DNA of 64,000 nucleotides from a bacterium. Lineage in GTDB: Bacteria; UBA8248. The notes below the pieces were generated by a model. The model searched no databases, was not told the DNA's origin, and saw only the letters and a program-made list of their open reading frames with translations. Shown in pieces: positions 23,437 through 33,810 of this stretch (the first letter of the stretch is position 1; every line of letters begins with the position of its first letter). A program made the position numbers and the translations under genes. The stretch is taken from positions 1,536,001 to 1,600,000 of the forward strand of contig CBDBBI010000010.1 of assembly GCA_965202625.1 (NCBI GenBank), written 5' to 3'.

Positions 23437-24195
23437 ATGTCGCAGCCATGCCGCCTTCAGTACCGAGGCTTTCATCAACTCGAACTCGTGCGCCACGGGG
23501 GCGAGCGGCTCCTCATCGGCGGGCGGCGGAGAACCCTGCAAGAGCCTCCGCCCAACGTGGCCTCCCGGCCTCCGGTCGATGCGGCACAATACGTCTATGC
23601 GGCGTGGGACGAGCACAGAGAGCGCGTGAAGCTCATCGCCTCCCCCACCGGGCATGAAGCCTGTGGAGAGGAGGAGGCGATGCGGGGCGATCCGTCCACC
23701 CTGCTGGTCGGCATGGGAAGGCCCTATGAGAGCAGGCCGAAGCACTACCACTGGGCGGACGCGCCCGCCCACAGAAAATTCATTCTGAGCTACCACAACC
23801 GAAAACCCATCGAATGGAGCCAACGGCTGCTGCGGGATGAGATGATTCCCCCGAAAGGGTGGAGCGAAACCTCATCTGGCGGAAGCGTCTCCTTTCTCGT
23901 CTGGGGGGAGGAGGCGGTTCATCTGGAGGTGGAGGGCCGGGTGGAATGCGAGGCGAAATCCGACCCGCTCCTTTTGGGAATGGGGCTCGACGGCGCACCG
24001 CCGGACGCAAGCGGCGTCCTTGAAATCGCGCCCCGCCCCTCCAAAACGCGGGAGCAAACCTTTTCCCTGAAAGTGGAGAGACGGTTTCCACGCGAGGAGG
24101 AGGGTTTCCACACCCTCTCTCTTTACGGAAAAACGGAAACGGGATTCTGGATCGTCAAGCGCGCGACGGAGCTCCGGTTCTCCACCCTGGGCTGA
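23437..24195 (+). CDS. Hypothetical protein resembling a phage tail-fibre segment
   Basis: GGAGG RBS before ATG; recalled similarity only (see findings). Confidence 0.65.
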   Translation: MSQPCRLQYRGFHQLELVRHGGERLLIGGRRRTLQEPPPNVASRPPVDAAQYVYAAWDEHRERVKLIASPTGHEACGEEEAMRGDPSTLLVGMGRPYESRPKHYHWADAPAHRKFILSYHNRKPIEWSQRLLRDEMIPPKGWSETSSGGSVSFLVWGEEAVHLEVEGRVECEAKSDPLLLGMGLDGAPPDASGVLEIAPRPSKTREQTFSLKVERRFPREEEGFHTLSLYGKTETGFWIVKRATELRFSTLG

Positions 24196-24302
24196 GGGAG
24201 CGGCGCATTACCACCTCTCAGGAAACGCGACGCCGCCCGGAGTCATTTGGCGCGTTCGCTCTACCCGCCCCCCATTCCTATGAGGCTGCAGGCTGAACCT
24301 CT

Positions 24303-27011
24303 TCAAGAAGTGCCCTCGCCCTCCTTCAACAACTGCCGCAGCACGTATTGCAGGATGCCGCCGTGCTGGTAGTACGCGACTTCGTTGGGCGTGTCGATGC
24401 GGACGGTGGCGTCAAAGACGATCGGAACGCCTCCTCCCTCTGGGCTGGCGACGACGCGCACCTCCTTCGCCTCTCCCCCCTCCAGCCCCTCGACGTCGAA
24501 CGTTTCTTGGCCCGTGAGACCCAGTCCCTCCGCCGTGTCGCCCGGCTTGAACTGAAGCGGAAGCACGCCCATACCGACCAGGTTTGAGCGGTGAATGCGT
24601 TCGAAGCTTTCCGCGATGACGGCCTTGATTCCCAGCAGGCGTGAACCTTTGGCGGCCCAATCGCGCGATGATCCCGTGCCGTATTCCTTGCCGCCCAGAA
24701 CGATGAGCGGAATGCCCGCCTCTTGGTATTCCATCGCCGCGTCGTAGATGGGCATTATACTGCCCGTCGGGAAGTAGGTGGTGAAGCCGCCCTCGGTGCC
24801 AGGGGCCAAGCGGTTCCTCAGACGCACGTTCGAGAACGTGCCCCGCACCATCACTTCGTGGTTTCCGCGCCGAGAGCCGTAAGAGTTGAAGTCGCCGGGC
24901 AAGACGTCGTTCCTCACGAGAAACTGACCGCCCGGGCTGTCGCGCTTGATGGCGCCCGCCGGCGAGATGTGATCCGTGGTCACCGAGTCGCCCAGAAGCG
25001 CCAGACAGCGCGCGCCCTTGACGTCGGCGACCGGCTCCGGCTCCGGCTTCATGCCTTCGAAATAGGGAGCGCGCCTGATGTAGGTGGACATGTCGTCCCA
25101 GGCGAAGAGGCCGCCCTCGGGCGTCGGAATGCCCTGCCAGCGCAGATCACCCCGAAAAACGTCGCCGTAGCTCTTGTGGAACATGTCCGCCCGCACGTGG
25201 CGCATCACGACGTCCTGCAACTCGCTCTGGGTGGGCCAGAGATCCCTGAGATAGACGGGATTCCCCTCCTCATCCTCGCCCAGGGCGTCTTTCGCGACGT
25301 CCAGGTCCATCCGTCCGGCGATGGCGTAGGCCACCACCAGGGGCGGAGAGGCGAGGAAGTTCATGCGCACCTCGGCGTGAACGCGGCCCTCGAAGTTTCT
25401 GTTGCCCGAGAGCACGGCGCAGGCGACGAGATCGCCCTCGGCGACCGCCTTTGAGACGTGGGCGGGCAGAGGACCTGAGTTTCCGATACAGGTGGTGCAC
25501 CCGTAGCCCACGTTGTGAAAGCCCAGAGCCTCGAGATAAGGGGTGAGGCCCGCGCTCCTTAAATACTCCGTCACCACCATGGAGCCCGGGGCCAGCGATG
25601 TTTTCACCCAGGGCTTGACCTTGAGGCCCCGCTCGACCGCCTTTTTCGCCACCAGGCCCGCGCCCAGCATCACGGAGGGGTTCGAGGTGTTCGTGCAGCT
25701 CGTAATCGCCGCGATGACGACCGCGCCGTGCGTCATTTCGTAGGTTTTGGCGCCGTCCCGCGCCGTGACCGCAGCGGGGGCGAGGGCCGTTCCGCCGCCT
25801 CCGCCGAGTTCGGCCAGCATCTTGTCGAGTTCGCGCTCGAAGGTCGTCTTGGCGTCGGTCAGCGCGATGCGATCCTGGGGCCGCTTGGGGCCGGAGATGC
25901 TCGGAACCACGTCGGCGAGATCCAGCTCCAGGGAGTCGGTGTAGATCGCCTCCGGCGAATCCCCATCCCTGAACATGCCCTGCGCGCGGGCGTAGGCTTC
26001 CACGAGCGCGATTCTCTCCGCTGGCCGACCCGTGAGTTGCATGTATTTCAGAGTCTCGGCGTCGATGGGAAAGATGCCGCAGGTGGCGCCATACTCAGGC
26101 GCCATGTTGGCGATGGTCGCGCGGTCCGCCAGAGGCAGATGGTCCAGACCCGGGCCGCAGAACTCCACGAACTTGCCCACTACGCCCTTCTCCCTCAACA
26201 TTTGCACCACCGCCAGAACGAGGTCCGTGGCCGTGGCGCCCTCGCTCAGCGCGCCCGAGAGCCGAAAGCCCACCACGTCGGGAATCAGCATTGAATAGGG
26301 CTGGCCCAGCATGGCGGCTTCCGCCTCGATGCCGCCGACGCCCCAGCCAAGGACGCCGATGCCGTTGATCATCGTGGTGTGGGAGTCCGTGCCCACCACG
26401 GTGTCGGGGAAGACGCGCGTGACGCCTCCTTTCTCCTCCGTTCCCACTACCGGAGAGAGAAATTCCAGGTTGACCTGGTGAACGATGCCGGTATCCGGCG
26501 GCACCGCCCGAAAGTTGCGAAACGCGCCCTGTGCCCACCGCAGAAAAGCGTAGCGCTCCGTGTTCCTCTCATATTCGAGCCGCGCGTTGGTCTCGAGCGC
26601 CGTTCCCGCGCCGAATTCATCCACCTGGACGGAATGGTCGATCACGAGATCGACGGGCTGCAAAGGATTGATGAGGTCGGGGTCGCCGCCCAGAGCCTTC
26701 ATCGCGTCGCGCATGGAGGCGAGGTCCGCCACCACGGGCACGCCCGTGAAATCCTGCAGCAGGACGCGGCTCGGCATGAAGCCGATCTCCTTCGCCTCAT
26801 TTTTTTTCGCGTCCCAGGAGACGAGCGCCTCGACGTCGGCGGCGCGCACGGAACGCCCGTCCTCGTTGCGCAGAAGGTTCTCCAGCAACACCTTCATGGC
26901 GAAGGGCAGCCTTTCGACGTCTCCCTTCTCCCGCAAGGCGTCGAGTCGGTACATCTCATAGGTTTTCCCGTCCACCTCCAGCGAGGAGCGGGCGTCGAAA
27001 CTATTGTTCAT
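24303..27011 (-). CDS. acnA: Aconitate hydratase A
   Basis: [48 protein letters not shown]. Confidence 0.98.
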   Translation of the reverse strand: MNNSFDARSSLEVDGKTYEMYRLDALREKGDVERLPFAMKVLLENLLRNEDGRSVRAADVEALVSWDAKKNEAKEIGFMPSRVLLQDFTGVPVVADLASMRDAMKALGGDPDLINPLQPVDLVIDHSVQVDEFGAGTALETNARLEYERNTERYAFLRWAQGAFRNFRAVPPDTGIVHQVNLEFLSPVVGTEEKGGVTRVFPDTVVGTDSHTTMINGIGVLGWGVGGIEAEAAMLGQPYSMLIPDVVGFRLSGALSEGATATDLVLAVVQMLREKGVVGKFVEFCGPGLDHLPLADRATIANMAPEYGATCGIFPIDAETLKYMQLTGRPAERIALVEAYARAQGMFRDGDSPEAIYTDSLELDLADVVPSISGPKRPQDRIALTDAKTTFERELDKMLAELGGGGGTALAPAAVTARDGAKTYEMTHGAVVIAAITSCTNTSNPSVMLGAGLVAKKAVERGLKVKPWVKTSLAPGSMVVTEYLRSAGLTPYLEALGFHNVGYGCTTCIGNSGPLPAHVSKAVAEGDLVACAVLSGNRNFEGRVHAEVRMNFLASPPLVVAYAIAGRMDLDVAKDALGEDEEGNPVYLRDLWPTQSELQDVVMRHVRADMFHKSYGDVFRGDLRWQGIPTPEGGLFAWDDMSTYIRRAPYFEGMKPEPEPVADVKGARCLALLGDSVTTDHISPAGAIKRDSPGGQFLVRNDVLPGDFNSYGSRRGNHEVMVRGTFSNVRLRNRLAPGTEGGFTTYFPTGSIMPIYDAAMEYQEAGIPLIVLGGKEYGTGSSRDWAAKGSRLLGIKAVIAESFERIHRSNLVGMGVLPLQFKPGDTAEGLGLTGQETFDVEGLEGGEAKEVRVVASPEGGGVPIVFDATVRIDTPNEVAYYQHGGILQYVLRQLLKEGEGTS

Positions 27012-27268
27012 CCTTCACCTCATTCGGGCGGAAACCACCGCTCCCCGAGGGGAGGCCGGGCACCGCCGCATCAAACGCTCATTGCGCCCAAAACCGACCC
27101 GAAAGTCAGGGGGAAGCAAAAAGCCGGGCCAAATGAACCATGCAGAATGATGGCAAGTCGAGTTTCCACTTCCCGCATGATACCACAGGGGAGGAAAGGA
27201 GACGAGGGCGACGCCACGCACCTGTTTTCACGAAACGGATTGGCCGATGCCGCCCGAGGGCGGATGGA

Positions 27269-27694
27269 TTATCCCTCGCTCACAACCATGTAGGTGGCCG
27301 AGGCGAAACAGAAGAGCTTCTCCGCCTCGCCCAGAACCCGAATCTCCCACGCGGAGGTCTTCCGCCCCAGGTGCAGGGCCTTCGCCTCGCCGATGAGCGT
27401 CCCCCTCGACGCAGGACGCAGGAAGTTGACCTTCATCTCCACCGTCACGACCTCCGTTCCGATGGGGTAGCTCACGTAGCTGCCCACGCCGCCTGCGGTA
27501 TCCGCAAGCGAGGCCAGTGCGCCTCCGTGCACCATTCCGTTGGGCTGGAAAAGGGCGGGTCGCACCGCAAGCCCGACGCGCGCGAAGCCCCTCCTCGCCT
27601 CGATAATCTCAAAACCTAAGAGCGCGTTGAAATTCCTCCGCCAGCGGTCCCTGAATATCCTCTCGACGTCCTCCTCGCTCCACAACCGCTCCAT
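27269..27694 (-). CDS. PaaI-family thioesterase
   Basis: QPNGMVHGGALASLAD, VNFLRP. Confidence 0.9.
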   Translation of the reverse strand: MERLWSEEDVERIFRDRWRRNFNALLGFEIIEARRGFARVGLAVRPALFQPNGMVHGGALASLADTAGGVGSYVSYPIGTEVVTVEMKVNFLRPASRGTLIGEAKALHLGRKTSAWEIRVLGEAEKLFCFASATYMVVSEG

Positions 27695-27751
27695 TGCCGT
27701 CTCCTCAAGCGTGCACGCCGACCAGAGCGGGGGACGCCTCCGAACGCCTGA

Positions 27752-28066
27752 CTAGCCAAAAATTTGCGTCGGAACGCATCCCCAGGCGGAGGGGTCGGTG
27801 AGGACGTCGCCCCCCTCGTCCTCATAGGAGAAAAACAGGATTTCGGTTTCGGTTTTCTTCCCCTTTCTCTCCAGGCGGCGCACCGTAATCGTCGGGACGT
27901 GGGTGCCCAGCGCGAAGTTCTTCGCGTGGCTCACCGAGACGCTCGCCCCGGACTTGGCGGCGCAGCGCTCCAGCTGCTCCCTCGTGGTGCGCACCCGGCC
28001 GTCGGAGAGGATTTCTCCGCCGAAATTCTCCGTGAGATCGACTACAAAAATATCCGGCTCCAGCAT
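27752..28066 (-). CDS. Hypothetical protein (104 aa)
   Basis: Plausible ORF with GGGGAG RBS, co-oriented with the thioesterase and acnA. Confidence 0.65.
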   Translation of the reverse strand: MLEPDIFVVDLTENFGGEILSDGRVRTTREQLERCAAKSGASVSVSHAKNFALGTHVPTITVRRLERKGKKTETEILFFSYEDEGGDVLTDPSAWGCVPTQIFG

Positions 28067-28326
28067 GATGGCGCATTCTCCCCCGCAAGCATGATGAACG
28101 AAAGACCGCGACGCGCCCGAGGCGCCCGTGCGTCTGAAAGCGTGGAGTCTAGCAGAACGAGAGAACGACGCGCAAAGGCGGCGCGGGGATGGCGCAAGCG
28201 GAATGACGAAACGGATTGCGCCTCGCCAAGAACCGGCCGGCTTGTCGTTTCTCTTGCGAATGGGGGATGCTTTTCACCTCCCGCGCAGAAGGCGCGGCTT
28301 TCTTTTTCATTTGCTCCCGTCGGTGC

Positions 28327-29742
28327 TCACCCCGCAACCGCCAGGTTTTCGGTTTCGCTCGCCAACCATTCGACCGCTACTTGCTCACCCTCCTCAATAG
28401 CGATCTCCACCGCCCGTTTGGCGCATTCGAGCAGGCGTCTGGATCGCTTCCGCAGTCGGAAGGATTCGACTACCCTTCGCTGAATTTCGGCCTGGATTTC
28501 TTCGCGGAGGAGGGGGATGACAGCCGCTTTTACTTGCTCTGGTCGCCAATGCAAAATGACTGATCCACCCACGTCTCGGTTGACCTGCTCTTTTGTCAAT
28601 ACAGAATTGAGTGCCAACGTTAAATACTCGTCGTTGATTCTGTCCGTTTTGTTCATCAACCTGAGAATGCCGCCTGAGGGGAGCATCTTTTCTGGCTTGT
28701 CGGACAAGTAATAGGCAACGCCTGGAGTTGCATCCTTACTGAAGAGAATTTCCCCTTGCGCAGGCTGATGCTGTTGGAGTTTGGAATAAAGACTCTCAGA
28801 AATGTATTTTTCTTTCGTGATTTCAAAAGGATTGAGGTTGCTCACGCGAACAAAGGGAACACCCTCATCAAGATATTCCTTACTGCCAACTTCGATACAT
28901 TTTTTTACGGATACCAAATTCCCCAGCATGTCCCAGCCGCCGGAATAGGTCTTGACGGCTTCGATGATCGCATCGTATTTCGGCTGGAAGTAGTCGGCGT
29001 CGAAGCGTTCCGCCGCCTCGACCTCCGAATAGTTCTTGATGAAGGCGAGCCGGTGGACGGGCCGCCACTCGGCGAGACCGAGCTCGTCAAGGAGGAGGGC
29101 TTGGGCTTGCTGGTATGTGTCCTCAGAAGCTCGGATTAATTCGAAAGCATTGTCAAAAGCTATTGTAATTTTTAGTTGGATATCTTTTGAGAGCAAAGGT
29201 ATTTCTACTAGCTTTAACTCCTCTGCATTCACATTAGATTGATTGATAGATATCCTTGCTCGCCTCTTTACGTCAAGAGTTCCATATTTGGTATTGAGGA
29301 AAGCGGTTAAGTACTCAGGTGTAATAACATCCGGGTCTGGATTTAAACGAACGAGGTAAGATGCAAAAACAAAATCCTCGCTTGAGAATTTTCTGAAAAT
29401 TCCAGTTCTACCCACGAATACTTGAGAGTTCGTTCGATTAAACAGCACATCCCTATCATTTAGCCTGTAATTTTCTATTTCCCTCTTTCCTATAGGAGCA
29501 TATTTAAATACGTTGCGCTCACACATCATATCGCTGATTTCATTCATCCGATAAATTTTCGTTCCATCCCCTTCTTCGCTCATCTGTATTGACAGCCCAT
29601 ATTGTGAAGACAATAGGGCTTCTCCAATCGGAATATACTGCAAGTTCATGTTCTTGTATGGCGCAAAACACATGTATTCCGCATCCCAACGGCCATCTGG
29701 ATGCAAAGATATATCTGATGAATTACCAACAAAAAATTGCAT
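28327..29742 (-). CDS. Restriction-modification specificity subunit (HsdS-like, two TRDs)
   Basis: Duplicated R.DA.Y motifs (RWDAEY, RFDADY); DVLFNR/EILFSK, FASYLVRL, IPLL..Q repeats. Confidence 0.88.
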   Translation of the reverse strand: MQFFVGNSSDISLHPDGRWDAEYMCFAPYKNMNLQYIPIGEALLSSQYGLSIQMSEEGDGTKIYRMNEISDMMCERNVFKYAPIGKREIENYRLNDRDVLFNRTNSQVFVGRTGIFRKFSSEDFVFASYLVRLNPDPDVITPEYLTAFLNTKYGTLDVKRRARISINQSNVNAEELKLVEIPLLSKDIQLKITIAFDNAFELIRASEDTYQQAQALLLDELGLAEWRPVHRLAFIKNYSEVEAAERFDADYFQPKYDAIIEAVKTYSGGWDMLGNLVSVKKCIEVGSKEYLDEGVPFVRVSNLNPFEITKEKYISESLYSKLQQHQPAQGEILFSKDATPGVAYYLSDKPEKMLPSGGILRLMNKTDRINDEYLTLALNSVLTKEQVNRDVGGSVILHWRPEQVKAAVIPLLREEIQAEIQRRVVESFRLRKRSRRLLECAKRAVEIAIEEGEQVAVEWLASETENLAVAG

Positions 29743-29779
29743 TTTTATCTTTCTCCGTTCACCTCAAACGCCCAATTTT

Positions 29780-30574
29780 TTACTTTTCTCGCCCCAAACA
29801 CTCCTTTTCATTCCCATCTCTTTGTGCTATTTGCTTTCTGTTTTCTTCAGGTAGAGATGAGTATTTTTGTTTCATTTCTCTGATTTCTCTGTGTTTTGTT
29901 ATCATTTCTTGTGCGATGTCATTTACTAGGGAAAAAAGGGCTGAGACATGCCCGACATTTTCTTCAATGTCTATTCTCCCCGGATGTAGTGCCTCGTTCC
30001 CGATAACCCGGCAGTAATCCAAGGCTTGTTGTATTTGTTCGGCCAACCCTTTTTTCACCAGTTTCTTTATGCAGGTGTTCAAGTCTCCTTCTTCTCCGAG
30101 TTGTCTACATAGTTTCTCAACGCATAAGCGCAGCAGTGCGGCAGACGCGCGTGGCGAATCTTGAAATATCGTGCGCGCCTCACGATAAAGTTGCTTGATT
30201 GCGTCATCCATATCTTCATTTGGGTCTGGCAAAGAGGATGCTCTTGGGTAGATCATCTCTCTTTGATGCCAGACCGTAGCCTTGGAGCAACTCTGGCACT
30301 CAGCGAAACTGAAGTCGTCTGAGAAAATTTTTGGCAGACGTCTAAGTATCTCAGAAGGCTTATTACATTTAGTAATAAATTCCTGAATTACCTCCTGAGA
30401 ATAATCGTCTATCCTTACTCTGTAATCCAAAAATAACGTGCCCGTTAGATAAGCGAGCATGTTTGGAAGTCGGCTTGGCCCTACCCATTTTTGTTGAGCC
30501 AATACTTTACAATGTGGACAGACGAAGTTTTCTTTATCTATCTCAGGTTGACGCTTCGTATTGTTGCTCATCAT
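29780..30574 (-). CDS. DUF4145-domain protein with Zn-ribbon-like cysteines
   Basis: FVCPHC, CQSC, LYREA....SPRASAALLRLCVE, CRVIGNEALH; AT-rich. Confidence 0.82.
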   Translation of the reverse strand: MMSNNTKRQPEIDKENFVCPHCKVLAQQKWVGPSRLPNMLAYLTGTLFLDYRVRIDDYSQEVIQEFITKCNKPSEILRRLPKIFSDDFSFAECQSCSKATVWHQREMIYPRASSLPDPNEDMDDAIKQLYREARTIFQDSPRASAALLRLCVEKLCRQLGEEGDLNTCIKKLVKKGLAEQIQQALDYCRVIGNEALHPGRIDIEENVGHVSALFSLVNDIAQEMITKHREIREMKQKYSSLPEENRKQIAQRDGNEKECLGREK

Positions 30575-30706
30575 TCAGTCCCTCGCTCTTCGCCCACTTA
30601 ATGATCGCGCCGAACGACTCCCGTCTGGCGCGCGCGCAAACCATCCCGAAATAACGCCCTGCGCGAGAATAGCCATATTCCCGCAGCCTGTTCGCCCGCC
30701 TGTTCC

Positions 30707-32779
30707 TCATTCCCAAAAACTCAAACCCTCGCCCTTCGCCCACTCGATGAACGCCTCCGCTATCCCGTCGGGCAGTTCTCCGTCCTGATTGTGCAAGTCG
30801 TGCGCGACGATGAGATGTCCGTGCTTGTCCAGCTTCTCGCGCCCGTCCCCGCCCTTGAGGTGAACGTAATCGCCCGAGTTGTTCTTGCCGCCCTTTTGGG
30901 ATACGCCGAAAAAAACAGGGTAGTCCTCGGCTCTCGGGCAGAGAGGGCCTTTCTTCGGATCGTCGTTCCATTTCTGTGCGAACAGCACACTGGTCTTAGT
31001 GCCCGTGTGAGGCTTGAAAGTGTTGCCGTGCAGACCTACCACCGCCAGAATGCGCGCGCGGGCGGCGATAAAATCCCGCACCCGCTTATCGGACGTGTTG
31101 TTGAACCTGCCTTGGGGCAGCACGATGGCCATGCGTCCGCCGGGCCTCAGAAAATCGAGGTTTCTCTCGATGAACAGGATGTCCCGCCCGACGTTGTTCT
31201 GCCACTTGCCGTTTTCTTTCCGCCCGAGTTCGTATTGATGCAGAATGCGGCTTTCCCTGACGTCTCCGGCGAAGGGCGGATTCGCCATCAGAAGGTCGAA
31301 GTCAAACCGCCTGTTCTCGCCTTCCAGGGATCTCCGTTTCTTGAGCCTGTCGAAACCCTTGCCGTAGGTGGTGCTCCATTTTCCGTCCCTCTCCGTCCTA
31401 TCCTCCCAGCGTTCAAAGTCCAGCGTGTTCAGGTGCAGGACGTTGGTTTCGCCGTCGCCTGCGATCAGGTTCAGCGTTCGGGCGACGCGCACGGTTCTTT
31501 CGTCGAAGTCGATGCCGAAAACCCTGAGGGCATCTTCTTTGTCTTGTTCTGAAATCGCCGCGTTGGTGAACAGATGGCCCGTGATCTGAAAGATGGTGTG
31601 CACCGGAAAGCCGCAGCTGCCCGAGGCGGTGTCTATCATATATTCGCCGGGCTTGGGATGGAGCATTTTCACGCACATGTCGATCACGTGGCGAGGGGTG
31701 AAATACTGCCCCTTGTCGCCCTTCGCGGATTGGTGAACCAGATATTCAAAGGCTTCGTCTATGACGAGAAGGTTGGAGTTGAACAGCTTGACGTCCTGTA
31801 ATCTGGAAACGCAGACCGCCAGATGGCTGTCTGTGAGCTCAAACGTCGCCGCGTCGGGAAACACGCCCGGCCATTGTTCTTTCGCGTCGTTGAAAAGTTT
31901 TGAAACCTTGGTTTTCAGCCCCGCGTCCGTCTGACCGGTGTTTCTGAACTCCATGGCGCGGAAACCTTTGTCGTCCAGCCCGGCGAGGCGTTTCTTGATC
32001 TTCTCGTAATCGCCTCGCTCCTCATCTTTCAGATTCTGGTCAAGCCAAAACTCTATAATCGTCTTGTTCTGATTGCTCTCGAACTCATCGAAGAGCTTCG
32101 TGAAGATGAGCTTGAAAACCTCCTCGAAGCCGTCCACGCCCGCGTTCGCCAGAACGTCGTTCTCCAGCTCAAGAATGAGGTCCTTGAGGGATTTTCTCTC
32201 GTTGGCGAGTTTGTCGTTGAGGATGAGGTTCTTCAGCGTGAAGCGCCCCGTGAGGACGTCCTCAAGCGTTTGTCCGCTCGTGGGAACGTCCGTGATGTCC
32301 ACGAAAATGTTCGGGTCCTTGCGGTGGTAATGGGAAATTTGCCCGCCGTTCGTCCATATCCCAATCGGCGCGCCGGTGGCATTGCAATAGGAGCGCAGCT
32401 GGTCTTTTCCGTCCTTGAGCCTGGGCTTTTTGAGTTCGACGATGACGTAAGGCGTATCGGGATTATCTTTGTCGAATATGACGACGTCGGCTTTCTTCGT
32501 CTCCCTGCCGAAGTTGACGGGATGCTCAAAGGCCAGCCGACTCCGGGGATAGCCGTATTTCTGCATCAACCGCGTCGCGTAAAGCTGGCGGACGATTTCT
32601 TCCGGCTTCAGCTGAACGTCTTTTTTCCGGACGACGCAATGGACGTAAAGCCTCTCCCCGCCTTTGGTCGTTTTCGTGGACGTGCTCTTCCCCAAGGCTT
32701 CGATCTCATCCTCGGCGAACAGGTCGAGATGATAAGCGCTGTTCTTGAATATCGTCTGAATCGGGTCCGCCTGTGTCAT
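30707..32779 (-). CDS. Fused HsdR N-terminal-type nuclease + N6-adenine methyltransferase
   Basis: PEEIVRQ..ADVVI..IVELK..QLRSY..WTNG nuclease module; GQYFTPR, DTASGSCGF, ANPPF; start set at MTQADP. Confidence 0.9.
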   Translation of the reverse strand: MTQADPIQTIFKNSAYHLDLFAEDEIEALGKSTSTKTTKGGERLYVHCVVRKKDVQLKPEEIVRQLYATRLMQKYGYPRSRLAFEHPVNFGRETKKADVVIFDKDNPDTPYVIVELKKPRLKDGKDQLRSYCNATGAPIGIWTNGGQISHYHRKDPNIFVDITDVPTSGQTLEDVLTGRFTLKNLILNDKLANERKSLKDLILELENDVLANAGVDGFEEVFKLIFTKLFDEFESNQNKTIIEFWLDQNLKDEERGDYEKIKKRLAGLDDKGFRAMEFRNTGQTDAGLKTKVSKLFNDAKEQWPGVFPDAATFELTDSHLAVCVSRLQDVKLFNSNLLVIDEAFEYLVHQSAKGDKGQYFTPRHVIDMCVKMLHPKPGEYMIDTASGSCGFPVHTIFQITGHLFTNAAISEQDKEDALRVFGIDFDERTVRVARTLNLIAGDGETNVLHLNTLDFERWEDRTERDGKWSTTYGKGFDRLKKRRSLEGENRRFDFDLLMANPPFAGDVRESRILHQYELGRKENGKWQNNVGRDILFIERNLDFLRPGGRMAIVLPQGRFNNTSDKRVRDFIAARARILAVVGLHGNTFKPHTGTKTSVLFAQKWNDDPKKGPLCPRAEDYPVFFGVSQKGGKNNSGDYVHLKGGDGREKLDKHGHLIVAHDLHNQDGELPDGIAEAFIEWAKGEGLSFWE

Positions 32780-33045
32780 TTCCTCTCCGTTCTCCACGTG
32801 GACCTGGCACCCTCCCATGCGGGCAATCGATCGATTTTCACCGTCCCCGCAGGGACGACCCCCCATGGCGGCTCCCTGTGTGAAGGACGAAATTATAGAC
32901 GGGAGCGGGAGGGATGAGCGACCTATCTCTGCATCTCCCGGATAGCGGCGCCATGCGACAAAAGAGCGGAAAAAAGCTCGCCTTGCGGGCAGGTGTCGGG
33001 GCGTCGTGCGCCCAAGCGGCGTTTCAGGGAAACGAGGAGGCGACT

Positions 33046-33810
33046 CTACCAGTCCCAGAAAAGGGTGTAGGCCCTGCCGGTGACAGGTCGCCTCTCCTCC
33101 CATTCCAGACGGGTCTGGCCGGTTTCGCTCAGCAGCCTCGGATACGCCCGGCGCTTGTTGAAACTGTTCGACGCCCCCTGGGACTCCTCCCGACGCGCGC
33201 CCATGACCTTGCGCCCGGGAGGGAGGAACACCTCAAGGCGAAACGCCTCTGTGGGATATTCGACCACGAGGGTGACCCACTCGTTGCGCGCGGTGAACGA
33301 ACTCCGCAGACCGAGCTGGTGGCGAAGCTCAAAAATCTCTCCGCCCCGAATCGCCCCCGCCAGGGGGAGGCAGGCGGGAAAATCCGCTCCCGCCCTCTCC
33401 TCGACGTGATGCGTCAAGGGCGTCCAGTCAGGCTCCCCGCCCTCTCCTTCCCCGAAGACCCGGTAGCAATAGGACGCCTCGCGCGCGCCGTTGCCCGTGT
33501 GATAGCGCGTCCTGATCTGGGACAATTCCCGCAGCGCCAGACACCGCCGGACGCTCACCATGCGCGCGCGACGCCCCTCGACGTCCTCGATCGTATAGGT
33601 TCGGGAGTTGAGCAGCACGCGGTAGTCGTATGGGCTGTCCGCCTGACTCTCGCCAGAGAGGGCGGAGGGATCGCGCTCCTCAATGCGGCGCACGCGCACC
33701 GCGAGCGCGTCCATCTTCTCCGACAACTCCCCCTGTCTCCTGAGAATCGAGGAGACGCCGCCGGCCAGCTCCTCGAGCGCATTCTCCAGTTCGGGGTTCT
33801 TCGCCGCCAT
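33046..33810 (-). CDS. Hypothetical protein (N-terminal coiled coil + beta-rich domain)
   Basis: 254-aa ORF with host-like codon usage; ends LEWEERRPVTGRAYTLFWDW. Confidence 0.7.
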   Translation of the reverse strand: MAAKNPELENALEELAGGVSSILRRQGELSEKMDALAVRVRRIEERDPSALSGESQADSPYDYRVLLNSRTYTIEDVEGRRARMVSVRRCLALRELSQIRTRYHTGNGAREASYCYRVFGEGEGGEPDWTPLTHHVEERAGADFPACLPLAGAIRGGEIFELRHQLGLRSSFTARNEWVTLVVEYPTEAFRLEVFLPPGRKVMGARREESQGASNSFNKRRAYPRLLSETGQTRLEWEERRPVTGRAYTLFWDW

